Origin: Lytechinus pictus
Lineage: Eukaryota
NCBI RefSeq assembly: GCF_037042905.1
Contig: NC_087246.1
Location: 20,460,001-20,524,000, forward strand
Reading direction: 5' to 3'
Length of the DNA stretch: 64,000 bases
Part shown: positions 23,767-38,700 of the stretch, piece after piece
Numbering within the stretch: position 1 is the stretch's first letter
Layout of the letters: each line of letters opens with the position of its first letter
Position numbers and translations under genes: made by a program
The notes under the pieces: generated by a model
What the model saw: the letters and a program-made list of their open reading frames with translations, nothing else
The model's database searches: none
What the model was told of the DNA's origin: nothing

Positions 23767-26700
23767 ATGGGGAAGAGACAACATCAGTCAGATAAGATGT
23801 GAGTATTGTATTTTATGGTTTTCCCCCTTTTCATCTGATTCTTTAATTCACGGTTTCTTTAGTTTAGGGCCCCTGGCACCTGCGGGTTTCTCCCATGTCA
23901 CAACGCCGGTCTGGGCGGCGGAGTGCGTAGTAGAATCCCGTTGGCGTTGCTTGCTCTTGTACTGTAGGCGAAATTTCTGCCTGGCTGTTTCACTTTCAAA
24001 CACAAACTGACAAAGCAGGTTGTGAATTGTGTGAAGGAGGTTGAGGGGGCTGGCGATGTCGCAAAAATGTACTGAAATTTAAAATGAAGAAATCTCTGGT
24101 TTTCTTCTGAAAATCTGCATTGACGATTGATCTGACCATGCTGACTGAGTTTGCGAACTTTCTAACAAATTGAAATTAAGGATTGTATCTTCAAAATGAC
24201 AGCAACAAAAAACCCCACAGAAAATCTCCACCCCATTCAATTGATTGAATTTGCACAGAAATCAAGCCGACAGCATGCTATCGGTATTGCTAGCTAGTGC
24301 CATAGTGGGCACTCACAACATTGCAAGGTTAGTGCTATACCGTATACGAACCTTGCACAACCAACATGTTTTTGTAGAGTTGTCGTTAACATCGCTTCAT
24401 AACGTGAATGATGTTAGCCGAAACCCATTCCGCTACTCACCAGGGCTTTTTCTGGTAGAAAGCGTTCCATTTTCAATTTTTAACATATTTTTTTAATTTA
24501 AAAAGGACACAAAAAAGAGCAAAATCGCTTACCTCCGCCTGGAAAGTGGCTTCGCACGTCTCTTCCACGGAAATAAAAGGAAGGTCGTTCGTGGCGCTAA
24601 TACAGTTCACAACCTTAATTCAGCTTGGTGGTATTTTTAAAACTAGATTCATGATTCATTGTATGCGCAATTCCAATAATTGTTTGATAAAATAGAGACC
24701 CCAATAAATGCAATAACTTAAAAACCATGTCACTTTAGTACAAATGACCTTCCTCTGATCATGCGCAGAATCTTCTGATCATGCGCAGCTTGAAACAGCT
24801 TGAAAACAAACGGCATGACCAGTTATTTTTTTAACAGACATTTCATTAAAACAACTGATTCTTCCATTTGAATTTACAATAGAATGTTTCATGTTTATTT
24901 CTATACTAAAATTTATTGTTGAATATATGTTGTTGAAAATTTCCCTCCCCATAATAACGTTGATTACAAATATCCATTGATTTGATCGATTTGATGCAGC
25001 AACTTTGAGTATGCGGCATTGTAGGCCTTATAATATCATAACCACTTTACAGTGAACCATGTGATATTGTTACCCTGGCTGTACTTCACCTGGGAAACTC
25101 CAGATAACTTTGCCTGTTTTTTTTTCCTGTTTTAATAGAAAATCATCACTTTGGCCCATTTCATAAAAGATTTATGATGATGGTAACTTTACCTTTAAAA
25201 CTATGTTCCGTGGTTACAGAGTTCAGCATCCTATCAAAACAAGATTTGCATTAATACCATAATGGCAAAAGTACCATCATCATAAATTTGTACGATGGGC
25301 CCCTGGAGTAGGATTCAACCTATTATCTTCTGATTGAAAGGCGAGTGTTGGAACCATTTCTATTACTTTAATAGTTTGCAAACTTCTTCTCACAATGAAA
25401 CAGGTATCTGACCTCCAAGGAGTGGACGGCATTCTACGGTGGCAAGAAAACTGGTAAGAGAGATTGAAGTTTTCTCATCTCTATCCATCTTTATTCTCTG
25501 ATCTTTTTAATGTTAGAAGACATTATAATAATCATAGAGTTGAGATGAATAGCAAAGAGGCAGATGGCACAATAATGAGCAGTAACAAGCTATCAACTTG
25601 GAACATGACATTTGGGTATTTATTTTTTTGTTCAGATAGGGTTCACCCCATGGTGGGTGCTAAAATTGCACCCTTTCCAACATCTGAAACCTTTAGCATA
25701 GATCTGGCAAGGGGGTTAGCATTGAAATTGCACCTAGAGCTCTGATATTTTTTCATGGTACACCAGTGCTTCTGAGGTTTGTGGATTAAACTTTCAAGGT
25801 ATATATTTTTCTCTCTCTTTTTCTTCCCCTTTACTTTAACATTTTTTGCCTCCGACAAAGATTCTGCTAGGATCGAAAGCTTAGGCCCCTATTGACTTTC
25901 TAATTTACTCCATTGGCTCTCTTTTATTAGATAAGCAGTTTTCAGCAGCTTCTTTTTGCCATTTTTTGTACCCGTTAAAGTGATGCCATTGTAAGTTGTC
26001 CATCTAGTCCCCCTGATATACATTGTATACTCTTTATGAAAACTGAATAATTTTCTTTCTTATTTTAATGTTGTATCACAGAATCACAGAAATCTGAGTT
26101 TCGTAGATTACCATTTGATCATTGCAGGTATGTGATTTCATTCATTAGAAAATCTTAAAGAAGGGAATACATAGGAATTTTATAAAGTATTAGCTATATT
26201 TTCATATATAAGATTTTATACTTATTTCATTTCCTTATGTAAATTGAAGAGTTATTAATATATTTAAGCGCTTAGAGAAATTTTGTTAGGCGCTATGTAA
26301 GTATTGAATTATTATTATTATTATATCGTATTTAGTATTGTTTCATGGTTTGAAGTATTAATCATATGACAGGTCTTTTTTTTCAACCGTGCCGGGGGGG
26401 GGGGGCAGGCCTACATATGCACAAAATCTCAAAAACTTTTTCAAATAATAATAATTAAAAATTAAACAGTTGTATTTAATAAATGTACTTCTAAATTTTT
26501 TTGCACAAGATATGATTAAACGATTGTATTCTTATTCAAATAGTATTTACATTTTTTTCTTATATCCAAAGTCTATCCCTTCAGCCTTTTGAGCACCCCT
26601 ACTGTACTTCAGATGGTATTATCTTTGATCTGATGAGTATTGTACCATTCATCAAAAAGTACAAGACCAACCCCATCACAGGGCAGGTAAGTGCATTTGC

Positions 26701-29700
26701 AATTTGGCCGACTCTCCCTGTTTATTAACTATCACTTTATTTTGGGGCCATGCATGTCTTCCCATTTTCCTAAACTATCAATTTTGTGATTATTCTTGTC
26801 AAGTTGCTGAGGGAATGTAATTGTTTATGTCACCAAGGTATTTTCAAGACATTAATGTGCTTCAAATCTAGAAACAACAAATATTCTAAGTTGTGCAGAC
26901 ACACTCATCATTCCATTATGATGTTAGAGTCCTTGACACGTGATATCATAATAAACAATTTCATTGTCATTCCATGAGTCTTGTTTGATAGTCATTACTT
27001 TGTCCATTCAGCCTTAAACAGATCTCAGATGTATCTCATTGTATTGATTGTTACCATGATCATTTCCAATCATACAGGCACTAGATGCTAAATCACTGAT
27101 CAAGCTTCATTTCCACAAGAACACTGACGGTAAGTGCATTAAAAGCAGACAGTGACTTTGTAAGGATGCATGGTGTTGTCAACAAAATGACTTATATTTT
27201 CAGTTATTGATATTTGGCCATTACACAAAGATGAATTTTCTGCATGTATTTTTGTGTATGTACAGTATATACATCTACCATATTTTGCATGCATTATTTT
27301 TTTCCAAATAGTGTATTAACTTTGGTAATGATGGTGATGACTACAACAATGATGACAATATGATAATGGTGCCGATGGTTATGATGTTGATTATGAAAAT
27401 GGTGATTATGAGTAATGATAAATAATGTCGGTGGTCACCGTGATAATGATAACAATGATTATAATGATGATGATCATGATGAGGATGCTCAATACTGATA
27501 ATGAAGTACCTCAGATGATGGTTGGTGTACGCTCCACTACACTTGACTTCACTACCGCTACACTACAGGAACCATCAGGGCTTATCCATAGAAATCAACA
27601 CTTTGGATTCACAAAGGTGGGATTATTAGGGGACTAGAACTACCGCAAGTAACGGACTATAAACCGCACCCCCAACTTTGGACTAAAAAAAAAAAAAATC
27701 CTTCTCTACATGCATATTTGAGGTACGAAAGAAACAAAAACTAAGTTATAGATTTCAAAGTATCCAAAGAGTTTACCGGTATGCGGAAATCTGCTGTTCT
27801 TGATCAATTCATTTACAAATGTTAGCAAGAAAGAAAGGTCCCGACAATATTTGCCACTTACACACTCACTCACCTCACAGTCACAGTGTACACACATACA
27901 GCACTGCCGTTCTTGTACATTGCAAACTACGATACGGTACATCTTATCAAATTATGATTTGTGTCTTTCCCGGCGTAGGAGGAAGAAACATTCACATTTC
28001 TTGCATCACAACCTCACAATCACTTTCAGAATTTGTCTAGCATTCGATGTCTTAGCATGAATTTTGGATAGGGGATTACAGGAAGGTTCAAGAAACAAAG
28101 AAATTGGCATTTTTTCCTGTTGTTTTTACGGCTTCGTGCCGTCTCTCTCATGCGCTGCGTGGTGTACATGGTATCTTATGAAAAGCAAACGGGAAAGAAA
28201 AAATAAGCTGGCGCGAAACGGGACTTTGGAGGAGAGGGGTTAAAATGAATAGCGCCAGCTTAAGTCGCACTTCAACGCAAACTCTCATCTCGCTCAACTC
28301 TCGCTCAGCTGTGACAAAATATTACCGAGTATGCTTGGCGTCTCTTTGAACTTTTAGCTAGGGAACTTCGCTGCTTTGAATCGAGAATAAAGTCCAAATT
28401 AGTGTCATGAAGGTGGGTGCGTTTGTTATTGACAATATTTGATTAAGATCGTAATAATCACTTCCCATTACCCGCGGCTCATACCCCTCTAAACGACATT
28501 GCCCTGGGCGGCTACGCCCGGCCACTCGATGTGTTGTCAACTGGCAGACGTCTTACATGTTCGAGAGGGGTTACGACGGGCTGGCTCAGACCCGTCACCG
28601 TGGATAAACCGCACCCCCGACTTTTGCTTCTATCCCGCCGAGAAAAAGGTGCAGTTAATAGACCGTTACGGTATAATTGATAAAAAAATATGACCTTACC
28701 AAGAATCTTACCAACAATCTATATCATGCACGTTATAAATTAACTGCTGATTAAAAAACATTGCTTCTGCAATTGCAAGTATCGCCGCGGTGCCTGCTGG
28801 CCACGTATTCTTGAGGAAGTGATATTTTTGAATCGGTGATGAATTTATATCATGCGGAGATATTAGGTGTGGGCTTTAAATCACTGATTTGGGGACTGAT
28901 ATTAGCTTGGACAAAGAGTGAAAAAGTGTCAGAATGATGGATTACATGTTGTAGATTCTTGGTAAGGCCATGTTTTTTTTTATCAATTATAGCTCAAAAT
29001 CACACCTTTTGTGAATCAAATTGGCAATTTCTATGGATAAGCGCAGATGGTTCATGTAGTGTAGCAGTAGTGAAGTGTAGTGAAGTGTACACAAATCATC
29101 ACCTGAGGTAAAGATAATGATGATATTGCTTAAAGGGGAATCCAACCAAAATGAAAACGTGTTTTTATAAAGAAAAGAAAAATCAGACAAGTTGATAGGT
29201 GAAAGTTTGAACAATATTGGACAAACAACAAGAAAGTTTTGAATTTTCAAAAGTTGTAAATATTGGTAATCACTATACCCATGGACACTTCAAATTGGCC
29301 GCATATGGGATGTCATAGTGATGTAAGGCAAGGACTACTCTTCCATGTACTCCAATACACATAATGGCTAAAATGTCATTTTTCCCAAAAGTTTGATTCC
29401 AAATTATAATTTTCTTTCATGAGGACATAAAACAATATACTACCTGGGTTATATTTAGATTACTGCCCCAGGGGAATGGGTACTTAGGATAAAACCACAA
29501 ATCCCTGATAATAAAGTACATGGCCTATGGGAAAGTTGTCCTTGCCCCTTGTCATAATTTACTTACCCAGTTGCCAATTTGAAATCTACATAGTATTAGT
29601 GATCTCAATTTTAAAGCAGCTATAACTTTCTTATTGCTTGTTCGATTTCTTTCAAACTTTCACCATTCTGTTTAATTTATTTTTCTCCTTCCCAACACAA

Positions 29701-32700
29701 CATGTTATGGCCAAGGCTGGATTCCCCTTTAATACTGATGATGATATTGCTGCTAACATTGATACTGTGCTGAATATGAATTACGTTCATTGTCCTTAAA
29801 TACAACAGGTATGAATGGCATAGATAACATTCCTTACTCCTCATATTGCTGTTTCAGGAAAGTACCACTGCCCTGTGACTTTCAAGGTGTTCAACCAGAA
29901 TACTCACATCATCACTGTGAAAACAACAGGCAATGTGTATTGTTTCGAAGTGAGTATTAAAGGGATGGTCCAGGCTGAAAGTATTTTTTTAAAGCTTAAT
30001 AAATAGAGTAGAATTCACTGAGCAAAATGCTGAAAATTTCATCAAAATCTGATAACAAATAACAAAGTTATTGAATTTTAAACTTTAGCAATATTCTGTG
30101 AAAACAGTCGTCATGAATATTCATTAGGTGATCTGATGATGTCACATCCCCAGTCAGACTGCAGGTCCCAAGAAAGTGGCTTCTTTCATCCAAGTGATAT
30201 TCATGACTTGAGATGTTTTGCATATTTAATGAGCTTGATGCGGACCAAAACACCTCTTTTCATTCGGTCATTGCTGCTCTAATTGTGCATCGAATTTCAT
30301 GAATTTGGTACCATTGTAAAGAAGAAGAATCATTCTTTCAGGTCATGTGTTTGGATTTATTCCAAGATTATGTAATATAGGTTAAAATTTTGATCTAAAA
30401 TATGCTACAAAATAAATATTTTCACCTGACAAAAGCTGCTATTTTCACACTTTATTTTTGTTTGAGCCCAAATGATTTTTATATCACGATAAAGCTGAAT
30501 ATGTATGCTTTGAAATAATATAGGTTTCAAAATAAGAATTGGTTTAATCGGGTCAAGATCACACTTTTCATTTGCCAAGTACATAAAGAAGTTTGAAAAC
30601 AAGAATACTGCACTCTGATTGGTCAAAGAGACCACACAATGGCAAATTCCAACGGTCCCAGTGCCTGGGTTCGTGGGAAGGTCACACTTCCCATGTGGTA
30701 ATCTCCTCAAATACCCCGCGCCTGTAGTTCTGTGAACCTTATCCAGCCAATCAGAACTCTGGATTTCATGCAAGTACAAAATTTCAGAAATCTCGTCTTG
30801 TACCTTGGTGGGAAAAGTGTGATCTTGACCCGATTAAAAGGTGCCGCATATCAAAAGTGGCATTGTGAGAAAGTACAGAAATTCAGCTTTATGGTGATAG
30901 AGATATAATTGAGGCTCAAAATAAAAAGTTTTGCACAATTTGCAAAAGAAAACAGGGGAAGAAAATTCAGTTTTGAGGCACATTTTCGGGCCAGAAATTT
31001 ACTTATTTAACAAAATATTGTATACAAAATAAATAACCAATATGAAAAAGTAACTTTTACTCTATCTGATGGTGCAATAATATTTCATTTACCTTGAGGT
31101 TAAAACAGGTAAATTCTTAGAGAAAGAAAATCTCACGAATCACGAGATTTTGCAAGGAGGAGGATTCAGCCACGAGATGATTTGGATGAATCTGGCCTTT
31201 TTGCTCATTATCATAGGGACCTGCGGTCTGACTGATCCCCACTTGTTCTGTTGTATTTTATTATATGAAATTAGATTTCAAATTTTCACCTCCAAGAACT
31301 AGAAAAATTTGATTGACAACTGATTTAGTGCATGAGATATTTATTGCTGCAACTTATTTCATTATAAGGGAGACATATTTTTCACACAAGTATGAAATAA
31401 TGAAAAAAATCTGATTTTATGTAATAACATAAGAAAACGGAAAGTGGAGATGTGACATCATCAGCCCACCTAATATTCATGATGGCTGTTTTCACAAAAT
31501 ATTTCTAAACTTTAAACTTCAATAACTTAATTATTTGTTATCCGATTTTGATGAAATTTTCGGCATTTTGCTCAGTGAATTCTACTCTGTATTAAGATAT
31601 AAATATTTTCAGCCCGGACCATCCCTTTAACCCCATAATACTTTCCAGTTGCCATTCAACTATGCATTAAGATGGCAAAGTTACAGTTTGGCTGTGTATG
31701 ATTGTCATGTATTATCCCAGTGTGATTGTTTACATCAACTACTGCATCATTGCTCCCTGGTAATCAAGAAGGTTTATACGTCACTTTGTGACTGAACTTA
31801 TATGGTATGGGATATGGGGACCTGGCCTGCTGAGCCCTGTAACAAAAGATGCAATTGATTTTACTATTGTGCTTAACTGTAAGTCTGTGGCAAACTATGT
31901 ACAAGAAATTAAAACCTTTTGTGAATACCAAGCGTATTTATTCATGTCACATCCCCTTGGTGGGATAATGGTCATTAGTCACCTGTATTTTTCACTTTGG
32001 TAATCAGGCTATTGAGCAGCTTAATATCAAAGCCAAGAACTGGAAGGATTTGCTGACCGATGAACCCTTCAAACGATCAGATATCATCACCATACAAGAC
32101 CCAAGCCAGCTGGATAAGTTCAATATTTCTACCTTCCATCACATCAAAAACAATCTGAAAGTTGAAGATGCAGGTGAGTAATGTGATGGAGGAAGGGAAA
32201 GAGTGTGAGAGAAATTAATTCGGGATGTACTATGGAGGGAGAAAGGAAGTGAGGGATGGGGAGTTGGAGAAAATTAAATGGCAGGGACGTATAGAATGAG
32301 AAATGGAGGTGTTGATGGGGAGTGGGACGAAAGGAATCTGGAAGGGATGGGTGGAGAGGAGGGAGGGGGAGAATTAGTAAGTGGGAGGGATGAGGAGTTG
32401 TGAAAATTAACTCAGGATGATCAGATGGAAGGAGAGAGGAGGGAGTGAGAAGAAATAATTCAGGAGGGCGGAGAGAGTGGAGGAGGCGGAGGTAGAATTG
32501 GAGGGATGGGATTGGGAGGTATGAATGAATGGCAGGGGGTTGAATGAGAAATGTAAGGAATGAGGGACAGTGAGTGGTAGGTAGTGAGTGAGGAAAGAAT
32601 TGGTGGAGTGATGAAAGGAGCTTGGTTAGTCATCGAGGAATGGAGAGAGGGACATTGAATAGGAGGCATTGTATTAGCAGAGGATTTAGGAAGAAAAAAG

Positions 32701-35700
32701 GAAGGATGGAAAAGAGAGGAATGAAGAAAGGGAGAGATTAAGGGTATGATTAATTGGTGGAGGGATGAAAGTGAACACTGCAGTAGAGAAGATTGAAAGA
32801 CGACCAAGCAAAGATGGTTAATACATAATTGTGTATTAAAGGTCAAGGCCACCTGAGAAGAATGTTGATTTGATTCAATAGAGAAAAATCAGACAAGCAT
32901 AACGCTGAAAATTTCATCAAAATCGGATGTAAGATAAAAAAGTTATGACATTTTAAGGTTTCGCTTATTTTTCACAAAATAGTTATATGCACAATTTAGT
33001 CACATGTAAATGAGAGAATTGATGATGTCCCTCACTATTCCTTTTGTTTTTTATTGTTTGAGTTATACGATATTTCAATTTTTACAGATTTGACAATAAG
33101 GACCAACTTGACTGAACCATAAAATGTTAAACAATGATAATTCCACATGTTCAGGGAGAAATAAAACTTTTTTTCACCAGACAATGAGGAGAACATTTGA
33201 ATATTTCATATTTCATATAATAAAATACAAAAGGAATAGTGAGTGAGTGATGTCATCAGTTCCCTTATTTGCATATTGACCGGGATGAGAATATATATTT
33301 TTCGTGAAATTAAGCAAAACTTTAAAATGTCATAACTTTCTTACTTTACATCTGATTTTGATGAAATTTTCAGTGTTATGCTTGTTTGATTTTTCTCTTT
33401 TTATTCAAATCAACTTTTTCTTGGGGTGGACTTGTCCTTTAATTTAGTATCACTTGATTTCCATTGCATTATTTGATACTCCACAGCTGAGATTCAAGCT
33501 AGGAAAGACCCAAAGTATACCCTCAACAAGACAAATGTGGAGACAGAGGACATCTTGGGAACACTCTACAAAGAATATCAGCCTTCGGTAATCAATTCTT
33601 TTTTTGTCTCTTCCCTATAAATCTGTTCATCACTTCTCACCTATCATTAGATTGAAATACAAAAAGTAATATGAATTTATGTAATTTTATTAAATTATTT
33701 GACTCTGAACAATCTAGAAAAGTAGAATGTTCAAATTAGTAATAAAAAATATCAGATGGTACAAGTGTAATAGAATACAATGGAATAAAACGCCCTTGAT
33801 ATTTGGTGATTTGTTTTGTAAAAGTCATCATTATAATTGTAAAATATTTTCAACTTGAAGATATTTCCTGTGTAAAAATCTACTATGTGGTCATGCCAAT
33901 TTGATATCAACACAGATGTTTAGATTTTATTTCTGATTTTAAAATTCATTAGAACGTCTTTGATTTTATTTCTTGCCAGTCATTTTCTCTCTTCTTTTTT
34001 TTTCAATGAAATCTCCAGAAATGCTGGTTTTACAAATTATGACTTTTGGACTTTTGATTTGTTACTCATGTTGAAATATTTCTGAAAATCTGTTTATATA
34101 GATAATGGATGAATGCTGCTAAACAGAAATTTAACTCAAGTATTTTTTTTGTTTCATCTCATGACACCTTAGGAAGAGAAAGAAGAAAAGAAACAGAAAG
34201 CAGATAAGATCAATTCTGTAAGTATTTCCATAGTGACACTTATTGCGTGATTTCATTCTAATTACAATATTAATACATTTTCAGCACTCATATCTCAGCA
34301 TGTCACAAACAAGAATAATTAATAAACATGCAAGCTCAAAACATGGTAATTGTGCAAGAGCTTCCAATCCCTCTTTTTCAGCTACACTGTAGCCCACCAT
34401 GTATCGTAAATTAGTGAGTTTAACCCAGATGATTTTAATACCATTCACTGAAATCAAGTGATTGTGTTTTCTTATTCCAGGCACACTTCAGCACAGGTAG
34501 AGTGGCAGCAGGGTTCACCTCAACAGTTATGGCCCCTCAAACTGTGCATGAAGCAGGTAAGAACAATTATTGATGCACCAATATTGATTTCTACCATTAA
34601 TGTGAAATATACAATAGAGTGATTATTTTTTTTTTAATGGTATAATGACAACAATAATAAATAGTGTTATTTATAAAACACATAGATAGATCCTTGGCAT
34701 CTGATTGGATGAATACACGTCACATGACATTCAGTGTAATGAGTTATAGCACGGCAAAACATGACATCCGTGCAATAGTCGACTACTGCACGCTCCAGCA
34801 AGAGAGCCAACCGTGCAATAGTTGACTATTGCACGCTGGAGCAAGTGAACAGGCAGTTCAACTCAATAAATGTGTGTACCATGGCCTACGCCTACACAAT
34901 AACTGCATGCGCGTAGGCCTACTCAAATCACTGCACTTCATACACCACGCGCAGATAAAATAATATTTAGCAAAATAAAAGGCTAAAAGGTTAGACCCGA
35001 GTAGATCTATACTCGTAGCCCTATTCTTTTATAGGCCAAATACTTTTGATAATTCGATCCATTTTGGTTATTGGTCTAGACGATGTCTTCAAATCGTGTG
35101 TTGTATAAAACAAATATTCAATGTTTTGTCATTTGTGCGACTGTTCGAATATTACATTCGGTAGAAGTTGAAGTAATATATTCAACTCCCCTTTGCGTCG
35201 CTGTGTGTCGTTGAATAGATTCTTTCAACTTGCACCCTCATGCAATATTCGGAACGATCGCACTCATAAACATTGAATATTTGTATAATATTAAACTAGG
35301 TATCTTTTCCCCATTATAGCTGTAATTGATGAAGACATCATAAGATATGAGCGGGTGAAGAAGAAAGGCTATGTTAGGATGAATACCAACAAAGGGACTC
35401 TCAACATTGAACTCAGATGTGATCTGGTGAGTTATTCACATTGTACTGATGGGAATAGATGGACATGGTTCCCTAGATGATGTCATAATGGAGGATCAAA
35501 GAATAGAACACCTGTGCATTACAATTAGTTCATATAAACAGGGACCTTTTGATTTGCGTGCTCACCAGTGGTCTGCCCTATGTACATGGCATACATGGTT
35601 TGTGGAAGGAAGTAATTTGAGATACTGAGCCTGTCCAAACTCGACCAAAATTGCCGGACATATCAACAGTTCATGATAACATTGCAGATCTCCCCAAATA

Positions 35701-38700
35701 ATGTCTTGCACCGGGATAGTGGACAGGCAGTGTGTGTTTGCGAATGCTCTGTGTATCACTGAGCTTAACTCCACTGACTTTGTATGCCAGCCCATGGACA
35801 CAAATCAGATTATTATGACGTACTTACTGTAGCAGTCTACTAGTGAACGTGCAAATCAAAAAGTTCTAATAATTGTTTATGACAGTTTAATGCTCAGATA
35901 TTATTGTTAGCTCTCCAACATAACAGACTACTTGTGGAAACCCTCAATATGCATATGACTGTCATCAACTTGTCATGTAGTCTGCAGAAATTTAGATATT
36001 ACTCTTTACATGTAGAAATGGGTTCGATGTTAAAAGATGGGTGGTGTGCATTGAAATTTTTAATTGCATTGTCATGGTTTTATGGTTAATTTTACAGGTA
36101 CCAAAGACATGTGAAAACTTCATTCAGCTGTGTGCAAAAGGATACTACAATGGCACCAAATTTCATAGGTCAATCAAGAACTTCATGGTAAGTAATGACG
36201 TATTCTTTGGTGACTTATAGGGAAACTACATATATTTAATCAAATCATAGTGATATTCTTGAAAACATTTCTATAAATCCTTTATACTTATGTCTCGGAA
36301 ATCATTGTCTCATTTTTCAGGCAGTAGGTCATCCCTTTCATTCTAATAGTGACTTGAGAAATATGTGCTTCAAAAAATAAATGATCATACATTTTCACCG
36401 AACTTTAACTTTATACTGCATTGCTTTTAAGTTCGATCATAGCAAAACAAATATATCTCTTCAGTATTAATGTGTATTCCTTTATTTGTGAAATCATGAA
36501 ATCTAAACTGAAAAGTGAGCACATTGAAGATTGATAAGATACATCAAGCATGTGTGACTGTGCAATTATTATTGCTTGGATTCAGGGATGTAGTAGAGGC
36601 TGGATTTAGTTCTAACTCAATTGTAGATCCCTATCACAGCTGTCATCTGCATTTAATGCATGAAATCTACAAACTATGTTAACTATGGTTTAAGACTAGA
36701 GATACAAACCATCTTTGTAAATTTGGGCCACTAATTTTATATTGTACTATTTTTTTACTAAACAGATTCAAGGTGGAGATCCAACAGGTACTGGAACTGG
36801 TAAGTAGCTTTAGGCCAGCTGCAGAACAAGGAATTACAAGGAAGTGGGGGGGGGGTACAGTTTCCTTCAAATTTCTGTGTCAAGCAAAGAAAGAAAAAGT
36901 CATCATCGTCACACAGAGTATTTTACTCTACCCATACAAAGAAAATTGACAGGCAAAAAAGGAAGTGGGTCTAGGGGGAGGGAGGAGAGGGGGGGGGGGG
37001 CTCCTCACATGATAACAAGTATATATTGAACCACACAAAATTACATTCAGCATGTTCAAGGTCTATTTGTTTTTATATTTTTATTGTTTTTATATATTTG
37101 CAGGTGGGGAGTCAATATGGGGGAAACCGTTCAAAGATGATTTCAAGCCTAATCTAAGCCACACCGGAAGGGGTGTACTTAGTATGGCCAACTCTGGTCC
37201 AGACACAAACAAGTCACAATTGTAAGTAAAACTGTCAAGCCCATATAGAGAGAGTTTATGGATAACCATGTGCATAGTCTTGAAAGGACTGTGGAATAAG
37301 CGAAGAGTAATTGAGGACATGAATATGAAAGAGATCGAGAGGGATTTGATAGACAAGAAAGATTGCAGAGTAGAATATTATTTTTGTGAGATGATAAGAG
37401 AAGTCCTTTATGGACTGTTAGCTAGATGAGATGTGATGGCTTGGGGCAGGAGAAGAGTAGATGAGGTGAGGAGTCTTAACATACTGAGTAGCTTGGCTTT
37501 GTCAAGCTCATGACAGTTGGTTTTATTTCAATGAATACCATAATGTCAAATGCAAGAGCACACCATGAAACTAAGAGTACCATGGCAAACCTAACCACCA
37601 TTTTGAATTGAAGGAAAGAATCTGAATCCTTTCATTCCGAGCCCTTCTTTTGAAATGATTTTCCTCTTGATAATTTTTTTTGGTTTAATCCATACAAATC
37701 ATAGTAATGATCATAATATTGAGTTTAATAGCAAACCAAAATGGTCCAAAAAAAAAAATACGTTGTGAAGCTTCTAATTTTTGAACTTTGATCAAACTGT
37801 AGAGAAATCTGTGATACTGGAGCAATGAAAGTCACATATCTCCTTATTTTTACAGCTTCTTCACATTCAGATCATGCAAATACTTGGATGGAAAGCACAC
37901 CATATTTGGAAGGTGAGTTGTCCAAGGATTTTTACTGATTGTTGTTATAAGCTGCTGAAATCCTTGCTAGTCAATGGTTTGTAAATTTCGTCCATGATTG
38001 ATCTTGAAAATGATAAGTTTAGACAATCTAGGATGATGATGATGTTTTATTTTGACTTAAAGAATAATAACTTTATTATACATGTACCTCCAACATTTCT
38101 TCACACCCCCCCTCCCAATTAAAGTTTATCGTTCTTAAGAAAGTACTATTAATGCTATATGATTTTAATATTTTCTGAACTTGAGTTTAATCTAATAAAT
38201 TTAATATAAAGAGATACGCTAAGTTGTATAATTGTATCACGGGTCTAAAATTGTGGTGTAATAATGGATAGCCAACTGAAACGCAAATTTCTGTCAGTGG
38301 CTGAATTTGACAGCACATTTGCTGCTCTATTCATTGATAACTGTCAAGGATTGATAACCTAAGAGTCTTCAAGCACGGGGAAAGATCACAGTTAACATAA
38401 GAAACATGGGTTGTAAACAAAATCTTGGCATTGCAACTTCTCATAATTTTAGCACGGAGTAAGACCATGGTCTAAGTTAATCTGGAGTTCAGAATATGGG
38501 CCAATGTGTTTGGTTTGTTAATGTTATTTTTTGTGGTCTTGCTACAACACAACACACTGGCATGTATTCTGAACTTGGGTTCAACTTAGACCATGGTCTA
38601 ACTCTGTGCTAAAATTATGGGAAGCCAAACATGTCAAAATTTGTTCACATTGTATGCTTCTCATGTTAACTGCTCTTTCCTTAATTCTTTAATGGTGAAG

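Noticed and set aside
37856-37912. Tyr instead of Trp at the cyclosporin-binding position ([10 protein letters not shown])
   Set aside because: A normal feature of PPIL2 orthologs, not a novelty.
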